This document shows positions 26,198 to 35,149 of a DNA stretch of 64,000 bases, piece after piece (the stretch's first letter is position 1; each line of letters opens with the position of its first letter). Under the pieces are notes generated by a model that was given only the letters and a program-made list of their open reading frames with translations, was not told the origin of the DNA and made no database searches. The stretch spans positions 739 to 64,738 of the forward strand of contig DASXEV010000042.1 of assembly GCA_036489955.1 (NCBI GenBank), written 5' to 3'. Both the position numbers and the translations under genes were made by a program. This stretch comes from Opitutaceae bacterium (GTDB lineage Bacteria > Verrucomicrobiota > Verrucomicrobiia > Opitutales > Opitutaceae).

Positions 26198-27820
26198 CTA
26201 TTGGGTCAGCCCCGGCGTACCTCCGGTGAGGCCTAGGTTTACCGGACCATCGGGCAGGCGCCGCGGGGCTCTCTTCTTGATGTACGTGTTCGTGCTCGGG
26301 ACATCGGTACCCACCTCCTCGACCTTGACCCCGCTCACCCATGCCTTGCCGGTCCCTGCGACGAAATAGCCGTAGGCGAGCGCCTTGGCCCCGTCCGGCA
26401 CATCAAGCACGACGGCATAGTTGCGCCAGTCCGTCGTGCCCTTGGCAGCTCTCGGATCCATGTTGTCGAACTGGAGCATCTCATCGCCAATCCCATCGAC
26501 ACGGAACCAGAGATGGGCTCCGCCATCATTGGCATCCTCGGTCTTCATCCATGCGCTGAAGCGTACGCGCTTCCCAGAGTAATTAGCGGCCTTGCACATC
26601 TGCATCATCCCGCCAAAGCCATCGATCTCTGGCTTGATCGACCTCACATAAGCGCTTGGCGCGCCGTCGTGCGTCACGACGTAGTCGACCCCCGTGACAT
26701 AGTCGGACATCTTGATCCCGTTCTTCATCCACCCATCGGGTGCGTGAGTCGTGACGCGCCCGGCGGCGGGCGCGTCGGGCGGCTTCACCACCGACGTGGG
26801 CTGCTGGGCCAAGGATTCCCGCGTGAGGCAAAGCAATGCAACGAGGGCAATGACGGTGCAGCTCAGGACTGCGCGAGCGAGCGAGTGGGGCGTTCTTGAG
26901 ACGATCATTTGGATTCTGCGTTTAATCTGACGTTTGGAGGCTACGACGCTCAGTCCGATCGGGGCGCTGGAGGAATTGCCGACAATACCGAGTATCTTGA
27001 GCAGGACGGCACCGTAGGCCTGCGGCTCCGTCGCGCCCAAGCGGCTGACGACGTGCTCATCGCAGGCCAATTCGCAGTCATGCCTGGCAGCCCGAGCGGC
27101 CACCCACGCCAATGGGTTGAACCAATGCAGGACCTGCGCAGTCTGGAGGACGGACTGCAAAAGCAGGTCCCGCCTCTCGAGGTGGCCTACTTCGTGCGCT
27201 AGGATCAATTGGATCTCCTCCGGGCTTAGCCTCGCGAGGAGAGATCTCGGAAAAAGAAGGCGCGTCCGGAAAACGCCGTATAAAGCAGGGCTGCCTCCTG
27301 CCTCGGTGACAACGAGCTCGATCCGGGCTGCCTTGAGGCCTTCGGCGAGGCCGCGCGCCTCAGGAACGTCGTGCAACCGCGAGCGCTCGATTCGCCGAGC
27401 AAATCTCTGGCTTCCAAGGACGCGCACCACGGCAAGCACCGCGACCCCGGCACACCAAACCAGCGCGGCCCAATCAAGCGCCGAGACAAGGATCCGCGGC
27501 GAACTCGGATTTTCACTGAGGGAAGCGTGCACCACCTCGGCACCTGAGGCCGGCAAGGTGATGTGGTGTGATGCCCAGGAGATCTGAGCGATGGAAGAGC
27601 CGTCCGTCGCCAGCCGGGTGAGACTGAAGGGGCTCCATGAAATTGGCATCGAAATGGGAACGATCAGACGGAGGGCGACGGCTACCCATATCCAATGAAA
27701 CGCCCGGGCGGGTACCTGCCGCCGAAACAGCACGCGGAGGACGAGGACGACAGCGACGATAACTCCCACCCTCCATGACGCGTCGAGGAACTGCCTGAAT
27801 ATCGTTTCCAGGAACCTCAT
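26198..27820 (-). CDS. BlaR1/MecR1-like M56 signal-transducing metalloprotease with non-PBP C-terminal sensor domain
   Basis: It has N-terminal TM helices and HEXXH (ILAHEVGHLERRD). A further TM (VLSCTVIALVALLCL) is followed by a beta-rich domain of about 190 aa (YSGKRVRFSAWMK...TTDWRNYAVVLDVP). G+C is visibly lower. Confidence 0.85.
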   Translation of the reverse strand: MRFLETIFRQFLDASWRVGVIVAVVLVLRVLFRRQVPARAFHWIWVAVALRLIVPISMPISWSPFSLTRLATDGSSIAQISWASHHITLPASGAEVVHASLSENPSSPRILVSALDWAALVWCAGVAVLAVVRVLGSQRFARRIERSRLHDVPEARGLAEGLKAARIELVVTEAGGSPALYGVFRTRLLFPRSLLARLSPEEIQLILAHEVGHLERRDLLLQSVLQTAQVLHWFNPLAWVAARAARHDCELACDEHVVSRLGATEPQAYGAVLLKILGIVGNSSSAPIGLSVVASKRQIKRRIQMIVSRTPHSLARAVLSCTVIALVALLCLTRESLAQQPTSVVKPPDAPAAGRVTTHAPDGWMKNGIKMSDYVTGVDYVVTHDGAPSAYVRSIKPEIDGFGGMMQMCKAANYSGKRVRFSAWMKTEDANDGGAHLWFRVDGIGDEMLQFDNMDPRAAKGTTDWRNYAVVLDVPDGAKALAYGYFVAGTGKAWVSGVKVEEVGTDVPSTNTYIKKRAPRRLPDGPVNLGLTGGTPGLTQ

Positions 27821-28191
27821 TTGCCGGTCCTCCTCGCCTTTAGCAGCTGCTCCAGCTCTCGAATCTCCTCGGGTTTCAAGTCCGCATTCTCGCAGAAATG
27901 CAGGACGAGTTCACCGGCTGCGCCCTGGAATACGCGCTGGAGGAACGAGTCGCTCTCCGCCTGGATGCATTTCTCGCGCGCGACGCGCGACCGGTAGACG
28001 TGAGCTCTCTCCTTCTTGTCGACTGCGAGTACGCCTTTTTCCACAAGGCGCGCGAGAAACGTATTCACCGTCTTCTGCTTCCATCCATGCCCCGCGGGGA
28101 GGCCGGCGTAGACCTCGCCCCCCAATATGGGCTCCTTGGACCAGACGACCAGCATCACCTCCCATTCAGCGCTCGATATTTTTGGCGTCAT
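27817..28191 (-). CDS. BlaI/MecI/CopY-family transcriptional repressor
   Basis: The winged helix is ISSAEWEVMLVVW...KTVNTFLARLVEKGVL...YRS. Its stop overlaps the blaR1-like start (ATGA). Confidence 0.9.
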   Translation of the reverse strand: MTPKISSAEWEVMLVVWSKEPILGGEVYAGLPAGHGWKQKTVNTFLARLVEKGVLAVDKKERAHVYRSRVAREKCIQAESDSFLQRVFQGAAGELVLHFCENADLKPEEIRELEQLLKARRTGK

Positions 28192-28197
28192 ATGTCG

Positions 28198-28232
28198 TAC
28201 AGCTGTAGGACATGAGTCCTACATTTGTAGGA
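28198..28232. promoter_or_regulatory. Candidate BlaI operator: two TACA/TGTA palindromes
   Basis: TACAGCTGTA (28198-28207) is a perfect 10-bp palindrome. TCCTACA-TT-TGTAGGA (28217-28232) is a perfect 7-bp inverted repeat. Both lie 7-41 nt upstream of the blaI-like ATG. Confidence 0.55.
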
Positions 28233-28363
28233 CCACAAGCTTTTTCTCCTTCCCTCTGCTTTAAAGGCCAGGGTGAGCTCTTAAAGCCACGTTCAAAGCC
28301 CACACGCTGTCATGAATTGCGCCATCAGCAGCTGTCGCTTCAAATCGCGGCTCCAAGAACAGC

Positions 28364-28978
28364 ATGCCGCTGAACCGAAAGAACATCTTCCGCATTCCCG
28401 CCCCGGCAGCCACGACGATCTACGTCCGGCCGGGATACAACCGGGTGCTGGCCGAGGAGTTCGAGGCGCTGAAGAGGAAGCGCGTTGACCTGGTGAAGGA
28501 CAAGGTCGAGGCGCACAGCCAGGGGGACCTTCGCGAGAACTTCGGGTTCAAGGCGGCCAAGGACGCGATCCGGGCCGTGGACCGCAAGATGACGGCCCTC
28601 GACCGCTTTGTCGCCCGTAACACCTTCATCGAGGTCGACCCTGCCACCTGGCTCAAGAAGCCGACCGGCACGCTCCAGCTTGGGCACGTGGCCACGGTCG
28701 AGAAGGAGGACTCAGCGTCGAAGAAGAAGCACCGCTTCACGTTCCTCGTGACCACACACGGCGAGACCGCTTCAGATCCCGGGTCCGGCATCGAGTGCCT
28801 GCCGCACAATTCCCCGCTGGCTGCCGCGATGCTGGGCCTCGAACCCAACGCGCCGGCCAAGGTCACGCTCCCCGCGGGCGAGGCGACGCTCACCCTCCTC
28901 TCCATCCGCAATCCGACCCAGGCCGAGATCGATACCCTCCTGGCCGAGATCAAGCCTCCCGAGATTGACCTGGATTAG
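28364..28978 (+). CDS. GreA/GreB-family transcript-cleavage-factor homologue (204 aa)
   Basis: The coiled-coil tip motif is QGDLRENFGFKAAKD (compare GDLSENAEY.AAKE). The C-terminal segment is GIECLPHNSPLAAAMLG (compare IS..SP.ARAL.G). Confidence 0.7.
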   Translation: MPLNRKNIFRIPAPAATTIYVRPGYNRVLAEEFEALKRKRVDLVKDKVEAHSQGDLRENFGFKAAKDAIRAVDRKMTALDRFVARNTFIEVDPATWLKKPTGTLQLGHVATVEKEDSASKKKHRFTFLVTTHGETASDPGSGIECLPHNSPLAAAMLGLEPNAPAKVTLPAGEATLTLLSIRNPTQAEIDTLLAEIKPPEIDLD

Positions 28979-29001
28979 CCGGGATGCGGGCCGGGCCGCG
29001 G

Positions 29002-30138
29002 CTAGAGCGCAGCCTTGATGGACCGCGCGGACGCGAGCGCCTCCTCCGCGGAGGCACCGCGCACCGTGAAATGCCCCATCTTCCTGCCGGGCCTGGGCGC
29101 CGCCTTGCCGTAGAGGTGCAGCTTGGCCGCGGGCTGGGAAAGGACGGCCCCCCAGTCGGGATCGCCGACGACCTTCCCGTCGCGCCATTTCCAGGCGTCC
29201 CCGAGGATGTTCACCATGACGGTCGGCCCCAGGGCCTCCGCGGGCCCGGGCGGCAGGCCGCAGACGACACGCACCAGCTGCTCAAACTGGCTCGTCTGCG
29301 CGCCGTCGATCGTCCAGTGCCCGGAATTATGCGGCCGCGGCGCCAGCTCGTTGACCCTGAGCTCGCCCGACGCCGAGAGGAACATCTCGACGGCGAGGAG
29401 CCCCACGACGCCGAGGCCCGCGGAGATCCGCACCGCAAGCTCCCGCGCGGCCCGGTCGACCGCCTCGGGCACGCGCGCCGGCGCGATCGAGATGTCGAGG
29501 ATGTGGTTCGTGTGGATGTTCTCCACGGCCGGGTAGGTGCGCGCCTGGCCGCCCTCCGTGCGTGCGCAGACCACCGAAATCTCCCTCTCGAAGTCCACCC
29601 ACTCCTCGACGACGCACCGGCGCCCCCTGAAGATCGCCGAGGCCCTCGCCAGCTCCGCCTCCGTCTCGATCTTCATCTGCCCCTTTCCGTCGTAGCCGAA
29701 GTCCGCCGTCTTGACGACGCAGGGCAGCCCGACTTCCGAGGCGGCCGCGGCGATGTCGCCCTGCAGGGCCTCCGCATATCGGGCGCGCGGGAAACCGCCT
29801 CCCAGGAGCCACGCCTTCTCCCTTGCCCGGTTCTGGCAGACATGGAGGACCTGCGGCGACGGGTGGAGCGGGACGAGGCGCGCCAGCGCCTCGAGGGGCC
29901 CCGCGGGGATGTTCTCAAACTCGTAGGTGACGACGTCGACCGACCGGGCAAAGGCCTCGAGCGCGGCCACGTCCTCATAGGGCGCGTTCGTCTCGCGGTC
30001 GGCGACGGCCCCGGCGGGACTGGGGCCCGAGGGCTCGTAGACGTGGACGCGGTACCCCATCGACTGCGCTGCCTGGGCGAGCATCCGCCCCAGCTGACCG
30101 CCGCCGAGGACGCCGATCGCTCTGCCGGGCCCGATCAC
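29002..30138 (-). CDS. purK: N5-carboxyaminoimidazole ribonucleotide synthase
   Basis: It has [13 protein letters not shown] and ATP-grasp architecture. The GTG start overlaps the purE stop (GTGA). Confidence 0.9.
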   Translation of the reverse strand: MIGPGRAIGVLGGGQLGRMLAQAAQSMGYRVHVYEPSGPSPAGAVADRETNAPYEDVAALEAFARSVDVVTYEFENIPAGPLEALARLVPLHPSPQVLHVCQNRAREKAWLLGGGFPRARYAEALQGDIAAAASEVGLPCVVKTADFGYDGKGQMKIETEAELARASAIFRGRRCVVEEWVDFEREISVVCARTEGGQARTYPAVENIHTNHILDISIAPARVPEAVDRAARELAVRISAGLGVVGLLAVEMFLSASGELRVNELAPRPHNSGHWTIDGAQTSQFEQLVRVVCGLPPGPAEALGPTVMVNILGDAWKWRDGKVVGDPDWGAVLSQPAAKLHLYGKAAPRPGRKMGHFTVRGASAEEALASARSIKAAL

Positions 30139-30656
30139 GGCAGCCGGGCCTTGAGGACCTTGCGGGTCTGCCCCGAGCGCCGGGCCGCGAGCCGCCGGGC
30201 GACCGCGGGGTCGCCCAGGGCGAGAAGCGAGGCCGCAAAGAGCGCAGCGTTGGTGGCGCCCGCCCGGCCGATCGCAAACGTGGCGACGGGGATGCCAGCC
30301 GGCATCTGCACGATCGAGCAGAGGGAATCAAGGCCCTTCAGCGCCGCCGTCTCCACCGGGACGCCGAGGACGGGAAGCTCGCTGAGGGACGCCGTCATCC
30401 CCGGCAGGTGGGCGGCCCCGCCGGCCCCCGCGATGAAGACCCTGAGGCCCCGGGAGGCGGCGCGTGTCGCGTAGTCGAACAGCAGCCTCGGCGTGCGGTG
30501 GGCGCTGACGACCCGCTTCTCGAAGGGGATCCCGAGCGCCTCCAGGGCCTCGGCCGCATGCCGCATGGTCTCCCAGTCGGACGTGCTCCCCATGATGACG
30601 CCCACAAGGGGCGCGCGGGCCTTGCGCTTGCCGGTCCCAGTTCGTTTTGAAGGCAT
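30135..30656 (-). CDS. purE: N5-carboxyaminoimidazole ribonucleotide mutase
   Basis: ATG 30656 lies inside track ORF 30135..30698. Motifs are [26 protein letters not shown] and GVPV. Confidence 0.9.
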   Translation of the reverse strand: MPSKRTGTGKRKARAPLVGVIMGSTSDWETMRHAAEALEALGIPFEKRVVSAHRTPRLLFDYATRAASRGLRVFIAGAGGAAHLPGMTASLSELPVLGVPVETAALKGLDSLCSIVQMPAGIPVATFAIGRAGATNAALFAASLLALGDPAVARRLAARRSGQTRKVLKARLP

Positions 30657-30711
30657 CGTTTCGGCGATACCTTGCACCGCCCGTGGCCGGGACTTCAACC
30701 GCCTTCTCGCG

Positions 30712-32352
30712 CTAGACGAGGGTGACGCCCTTCGGGTGCTGGACGACGTAGGTGCCGGCGATCTTGTCGTGCCAGCCCTGCTTCTCCCTGTCGAAGGCGA
30801 TCCAGATGAAGCCGAGCCCGACGACGACCACCGAGAAGAAGCAGGCGAGGGCCCGCACGAGGGCCGTCACCCAGTCGATCGGGGCCCCGTCCGTGCGGAC
30901 GACCTTCAGCCCGAGGATGATGTCGCCGATCGTGGCGCCGCGAAGCTTCCAGAGGACCATGCAGTAGGCCGCGAGGACGAGCGGGAAGAGGTCATGCATC
31001 CGCGTCACTATGCCGACGAGGATGCAGTCGATGAAGATGGCGAGGATGCGGATCCAGAACCCGGCGCGCGGCAGCGCGGTCTCGGACGCCTGCGCCAGCG
31101 GCGGCGGCGCGGACACGGCGGCGGCGGGCGGGACAAGGAGGGGGACAGGAGCCAAGGGCTGGGCGTTCTCGGCGCCCCCGCCTGCAAGCGCTTCCGGCGC
31201 CGCCGGCACGCCCGGGTCCGGGACCGCCGCGGCGGGAACCGGCGCCGCAGGGGACGGAGCCACAGGGGACGGAGCCACAGGGGACGGTGACGCGGGAGCC
31301 GCAGGCGTAGCCGGCGGGGCGGCGGACGCCCTTCTCTGGGCAAAGAGAGCCGCCAGGGCGCATGAGAACCCGAGAAAGTCGACGAGGGCCATCAGCATGA
31401 GGCCAAGGACCGGGACCATCATGAAGAGGACGATGACCCCGGCGCCCACCAGGACCGCCACCGCGGGATGCTCGGGCTTGCGGACGATCGCGTTGCCGAC
31501 AAGGGCGAAGACCGCCGTCCGGCCGAAGATCATCGTGATGAGCGCGGCCAGCGGCAGCACGAAGATCGCCACCGGGATCCCGACGAAGGTGACGAAGAGG
31601 AGCAGGAAAAGGACCGGGATCCCCACCATCCCCATGAACCCGGTCAGGATCGTGATGCCGGGCCTCGTCGCCAGCTCGTCGCCGCACTTCTGGACGCCCC
31701 TGGGGAACATGAGCGCAAGCAGGACCGACAGGCCGACGGAAAACAGCGTGACCAGCCAGATGAAGTGTATCCCGTGGCCGAAGAAGAGCGGCCGCCCCCT
31801 CAGGATGCCGCGGTTCCACCACTCGATCGCCTCGGAGTTGTCGCCCATGTCGCCGCCCTTGACGACCTGGCCCCCGATGAACGCGCCCTCCTCGCTGTGC
31901 TCGACGCCGGGCGCGCAGACGACATTCCCGTCGATGTGCGCATGCGGGCCGAGGTGCATGGCGCCGAACACGCAGACCGCGTTCCCGTGCACGGTGCCCT
32001 CGATGTCCGAGGACCCGAAGACCGTCACCGCGTTGCCGTCGACGTCGCCCTCGACCACCAGCCTGCCGAAGACCGTCACCGCGTTGCCGGGCACCCTCTC
32101 GCCACTCCTGATGCGGAGGGAGTCGCCGACGGCGACCTTGTTGTCGTCGTCGTCGTCGTTGTGCCACTTCTGAACGTTGACCGTGACCACGGCGACAGGG
32201 GTGGGCGTCGCCGCCGTCGCGGTCCCGAGCTCCCGAAGCGGGGCCTCGGGCGCCGGCTGGGCGGACGGCGCGGGGGTCGGGTCGGCGGCGAAGGCGAGCG
32301 AAGAGAGTGCGAGTAGGGCAGCCGCGGCGGCCGCCATTGTGCTGGATTTCAT
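30712..32352 (-). CDS. Fusion membrane protein: signal peptide, bactofilin-like beta-helix repeats, polytopic segment, Pro/Ala linker, RDD domain (546 aa)
   Basis: ATG 32352 lies inside track ORF 30712..32709. Repeats are [43 protein letters not shown]. Several TM helices follow. The C-terminus is RDD-like ([15 protein letters not shown]...[12 protein letters not shown]). Confidence 0.7.
   Translation of the reverse strand: MKSSTMAAAAAALLALSSLAFAADPTPAPSAQPAPEAPLRELGTATAATPTPVAVVTVNVQKWHNDDDDDNKVAVGDSLRIRSGERVPGNAVTVFGRLVVEGDVDGNAVTVFGSSDIEGTVHGNAVCVFGAMHLGPHAHIDGNVVCAPGVEHSEEGAFIGGQVVKGGDMGDNSEAIEWWNRGILRGRPLFFGHGIHFIWLVTLFSVGLSVLLALMFPRGVQKCGDELATRPGITILTGFMGMVGIPVLFLLLFVTFVGIPVAIFVLPLAALITMIFGRTAVFALVGNAIVRKPEHPAVAVLVGAGVIVLFMMVPVLGLMLMALVDFLGFSCALAALFAQRRASAAPPATPAAPASPSPVAPSPVAPSPAAPVPAAAVPDPGVPAAPEALAGGGAENAQPLAPVPLLVPPAAAVSAPPPLAQASETALPRAGFWIRILAIFIDCILVGIVTRMHDLFPLVLAAYCMVLWKLRGATIGDIILGLKVVRTDGAPIDWVTALVRALACFFSVVVVGLGFIWIAFDREKQGWHDKIAGTYVVQHPKGVTLV
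31248..31292. repeat. 15-bp tandem repeat, about 3 copies, in frame
   Basis: CAGGGGACGGAGCCA occurs at 31248-31262 and 31263-31277, with a degenerate third copy. It encodes (SPVAP)n in the linker of the RDD fusion protein. Confidence 0.8.
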
Positions 32353-32366
32353 GGAGTTGGAGCGGT

Positions 32367-32840
32367 TCACGTTTCCTGGCGCCTGAACGCGAGGTTCCTG
32401 TAGGCGTACGCGCCGAGAGCCCCGGCGAAGGTGTAGATGATGGCGAGCGCGCCCGCACCGCCGTAGAGCAGGGACGGCGGGACGGCGGCGACGACCTGCC
32501 TGGCGATCGATGCCGCCGAGGAGGCGTAGCCCCCGACCGTGATCGCCCACGCGTACGCGCCGGCGACCCCGTTGGTAATCTGGTGACCGCCCGGGGTCTG
32601 CCAGAGGAGGAAGAGGCCGCCGACAGAGAGGGCCGCGGCCGCCACGGCCGCGCCGACAAAGAGGGCGCGGACGGCCGCCGGCCAGTGGGCGAAGGACTTC
32701 CTCCACCACGGCAGCGCGGCGCGCCTGGCTATCTCGGCCATGACCCGGCCCCCGAGGCTCGCGGGCGCCCTCCTCGGGGGCAGCGAGCGGAGCAGCCTGC
32801 CCATCGATTCCTCAAGCCTCTTCTGTTCGTCGGGTGTCAT
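32367..32840 (-). CDS. Membrane protein in anti-sigma position (putative anti-sigma factor, no zinc finger)
   Basis: ATG 32840 lies 4 nt after the sigma stop. An N-terminal soluble segment of about 50 aa is followed by 3-4 hydrophobic helices. The function is assigned from position only. Confidence 0.5.
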   Translation of the reverse strand: MTPDEQKRLEESMGRLLRSLPPRRAPASLGGRVMAEIARRAALPWWRKSFAHWPAAVRALFVGAAVAAAALSVGGLFLLWQTPGGHQITNGVAGAYAWAITVGGYASSAASIARQVVAAVPPSLLYGGAGALAIIYTFAGALGAYAYRNLAFRRQET

Positions 32841-32844
32841 GGGT

Positions 32845-33435
32845 TCAGGGTGCAAGGGATTCGGCCGCGGCGCCGGCGGAGAGGGTCCTAGCGAGCGCCG
32901 CCCGGCCGCGCAGGATGTCGGTCTTCACCTTGGCGAGCGAGACGCCGAGGCGCTTGGAGATCTCCTCGTAGGAGAGCTCCTCGAAGTGGAAGAGGACGAG
33001 CGGGACGCGCTGGTGGTCGGGAAGCCGTGCAAGCGCCTCCTCCACCCATGCGCGGCGCTCGTCGGAGTCCACGGAGTCGAAGAAGGTGTCCGGTGCCGCG
33101 AATTCGGCCTGGGGCGCATCCTCGTCGTCGCCCGGCCTCGCGAATTCCGAGAAGAAGGTCCAGCGCCTGCGGTAGCGCTGCAGGTGGTTGAGGGACAGGT
33201 TCGTGGCGACGGTCTTGAGCCACCCCCCGGCGCTCGGGCTCGTCGAGAGCATGCCGAAGTGCTGGTGCGCCTTGATGAAGACGTCCTGGGAAATGTCCTC
33301 GGCCTGGGCGTCGTTCCTCACCAGGCGCGCCGCCGTCGAGAAGACCATGTCCTGGTATTTGGTCATGAAGGTCGCGAAGTCTGCCGGCGGGGCTAACCCC
33401 GGGGGTTGGGTTTGCACTGGAGGTTCATCGTTCAT
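32845..33435 (-). CDS. ECF sigma factor
   Basis: Region 2 is AEDISQDVFIKAHQHF and WLKTVATNLSLNHL. The region 4 HTH is LSYEEISKRLGVSLAKVKTDILRGRAAL. The start is ATG 33435 or TTG 33441. Confidence 0.85.
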   Translation of the reverse strand: MNDEPPVQTQPPGLAPPADFATFMTKYQDMVFSTAARLVRNDAQAEDISQDVFIKAHQHFGMLSTSPSAGGWLKTVATNLSLNHLQRYRRRWTFFSEFARPGDDEDAPQAEFAAPDTFFDSVDSDERRAWVEEALARLPDHQRVPLVLFHFEELSYEEISKRLGVSLAKVKTDILRGRAALARTLSAGAAAESLAP

Positions 33436-33474
33436 GTGCAAAACACCCTGCGCCGCCCCAAAGTCGCAGATTTA

Positions 33475-33511
33475 TCCCAAACAAAGAAGCCCGCTCTGGC
33501 GAGCGGGCTTC
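33475..33511 (-). terminator. Rho-independent terminator after amt
   Basis: GAAGCCCGCTC/GAGCGGGCTTC forms an 11-bp stem with a 4-nt loop. On the minus strand it is followed by TTTGTTTGG. It lies only about 40 nt upstream of the ECF sigma start. Confidence 0.65.
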
Positions 33512-33533
33512 GTCCACCGGCATGTGGGGGTCC

Positions 33534-35006
33534 TCAGAGTATGTAACCCTCTTCCCCGTGCTCGGTTACGTCGAGGCCCTGGCGCTCGACATCGGTCGCG
33601 GGGCGCAGCCCCATGGTCGCCTTCAGCGCGAACCCGATGACCGCGGTGGCCACGATGGCCAGGCCCAGGGTGACGCCGATCGCCAGCACCTGCTCCTTCC
33701 ATTGGCCGCCCGTCGCTATGGCCGCCGCGAGCCCGTTGGCCTTTGCCGCCGGGTTGTCGGACGTCAGGTTGGGATTCACGGCCGAGGTGGCGAGGATCCC
33801 GGTCAGGAAGGCGCCGATCGTCCCGCCGACGGCATGGACCCCGAAGGTGTCGAGCGCGTCGTCATACCCGAACACCGCCTTCAGCTTGATGCAGAAGATG
33901 AACGGGACCGCGCCCGCAAAGAGCCCGATGATGACGGCGCCGGTGGCGTCGACGAAGCCCGTGGCCGGGGTGATGACGACCAGGCCCCCGACGGCCCCCG
34001 AGCAGAAGCCCAGGATCGAGGCGTGCTTCTTCGTGAAATATTCCAGCGCGCCCCAGGTGAAGGAGCCCACGGCCGTGGCGAGCGTCGTCGTCATGAACGC
34101 GTTGGCGGCGATCGAGTCCGCCGCCAGGGCGGAGCCGGCGTTGAACCCGTACCAGCCCACCCAGAGCATCGAGGTGCCGACCATGCAGAGCACGGTGCTG
34201 TGGGGCGGCATCATCTCGCGGCCGAAGCCGATCCTCTTGCCGAGGATGATGCAGAGGATGAGCGCGGACCACCCGGACGACATGTGGACGACCGTCCCTC
34301 CCGCGAAGTCGATCGCGCTGATCCTCGCGGCCGCGTTGCCCGTGCCGTTCATCAGGCCGTCGACGCCCCAGACCATGTGCGCGAGGGGGAAGTAGACGAG
34401 GAACATCCAGACAGTGACGAAGACGAGCACCGCCGTGAACTTCATGCGCTCGGCGATCGCGCCCACGATGAGGGCGGGCGTGATGATCGCGAACATGAGC
34501 TGGTACATCGCGAACACGTTGTGCGAGACCCATGACCCGTAATCCAGGTTGGGCGCGGAGGTGACGCCGCGCAGGAAGGCGTACTTGAGGCCGCCCAGGT
34601 ACGGCGTCCCGGGGGCGAAGACCAGGCTGTAGCCCACGGCCCACCACAGGATGGAGACGAGGCCCGTGATGCCGAGGCACTGCCCGAGGACGGACAGCAC
34701 GTTCTTGCGGCGGACGAGGCCGCCGTAGAAGAGCGCGAGCCCGGGGAGCGTCATGAAGAGGACAAGCGCCGAGCTGGTCATCATCCAGGCGTTGTGCCCC
34801 GGCCCGGGGCCGGGGATCCTCGATGCGACGTCCGGCGTGCGCGACGTGTTGTTCACGTAGGCCTCCAGGTCGGACACGCGCTGCTCGAGCGTGGGTTGGG
34901 CGGCCGCGACGCCGGCGGAGAGGGCGCGGGGCGCGAACGTGAGGGAAAGGACGGCCGCCGCGAGTGCCGCGGGCAGCCACGTCCAGCGAGGTGTGCGTAG
35001 TCTCAT
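33534..35006 (-). CDS. amt: Ammonium transporter (Amt family) with signal peptide
   Basis: ATG 35006 lies inside track ORF 33534..35171. Motifs are AWMMTSSALVLFMTLPGLALFYGG, DFAGGTVVHMSSG and GVHAVGGTIG. Confidence 0.9.
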   Translation of the reverse strand: MRLRTPRWTWLPAALAAAVLSLTFAPRALSAGVAAAQPTLEQRVSDLEAYVNNTSRTPDVASRIPGPGPGHNAWMMTSSALVLFMTLPGLALFYGGLVRRKNVLSVLGQCLGITGLVSILWWAVGYSLVFAPGTPYLGGLKYAFLRGVTSAPNLDYGSWVSHNVFAMYQLMFAIITPALIVGAIAERMKFTAVLVFVTVWMFLVYFPLAHMVWGVDGLMNGTGNAAARISAIDFAGGTVVHMSSGWSALILCIILGKRIGFGREMMPPHSTVLCMVGTSMLWVGWYGFNAGSALAADSIAANAFMTTTLATAVGSFTWGALEYFTKKHASILGFCSGAVGGLVVITPATGFVDATGAVIIGLFAGAVPFIFCIKLKAVFGYDDALDTFGVHAVGGTIGAFLTGILATSAVNPNLTSDNPAAKANGLAAAIATGGQWKEQVLAIGVTLGLAIVATAVIGFALKATMGLRPATDVERQGLDVTEHGEEGYIL

Positions 35007-35149
35007 GTGTCTTTGTGAAGCCTGGCCGGGCGCCGCGGAAGGGACCTCCGAGGGATCGATGCCCGCCCAATGACTCGCACGCCGCGCACCGCCCTTGCAA
35101 ACCCATAGCGCAGCGCCGATTATTTTTACGAGGACGGCCGGGGACACGC

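Noticed and set aside
35084-35099. A sigma-54-like element GCGCAC-CGCCC-TTGCA about 50 nt upstream of putA.
   Set aside because: The -12 half is perfect, but the near-invariant -24 GG dinucleotide reads CG. That is too weak to call without a matrix score.
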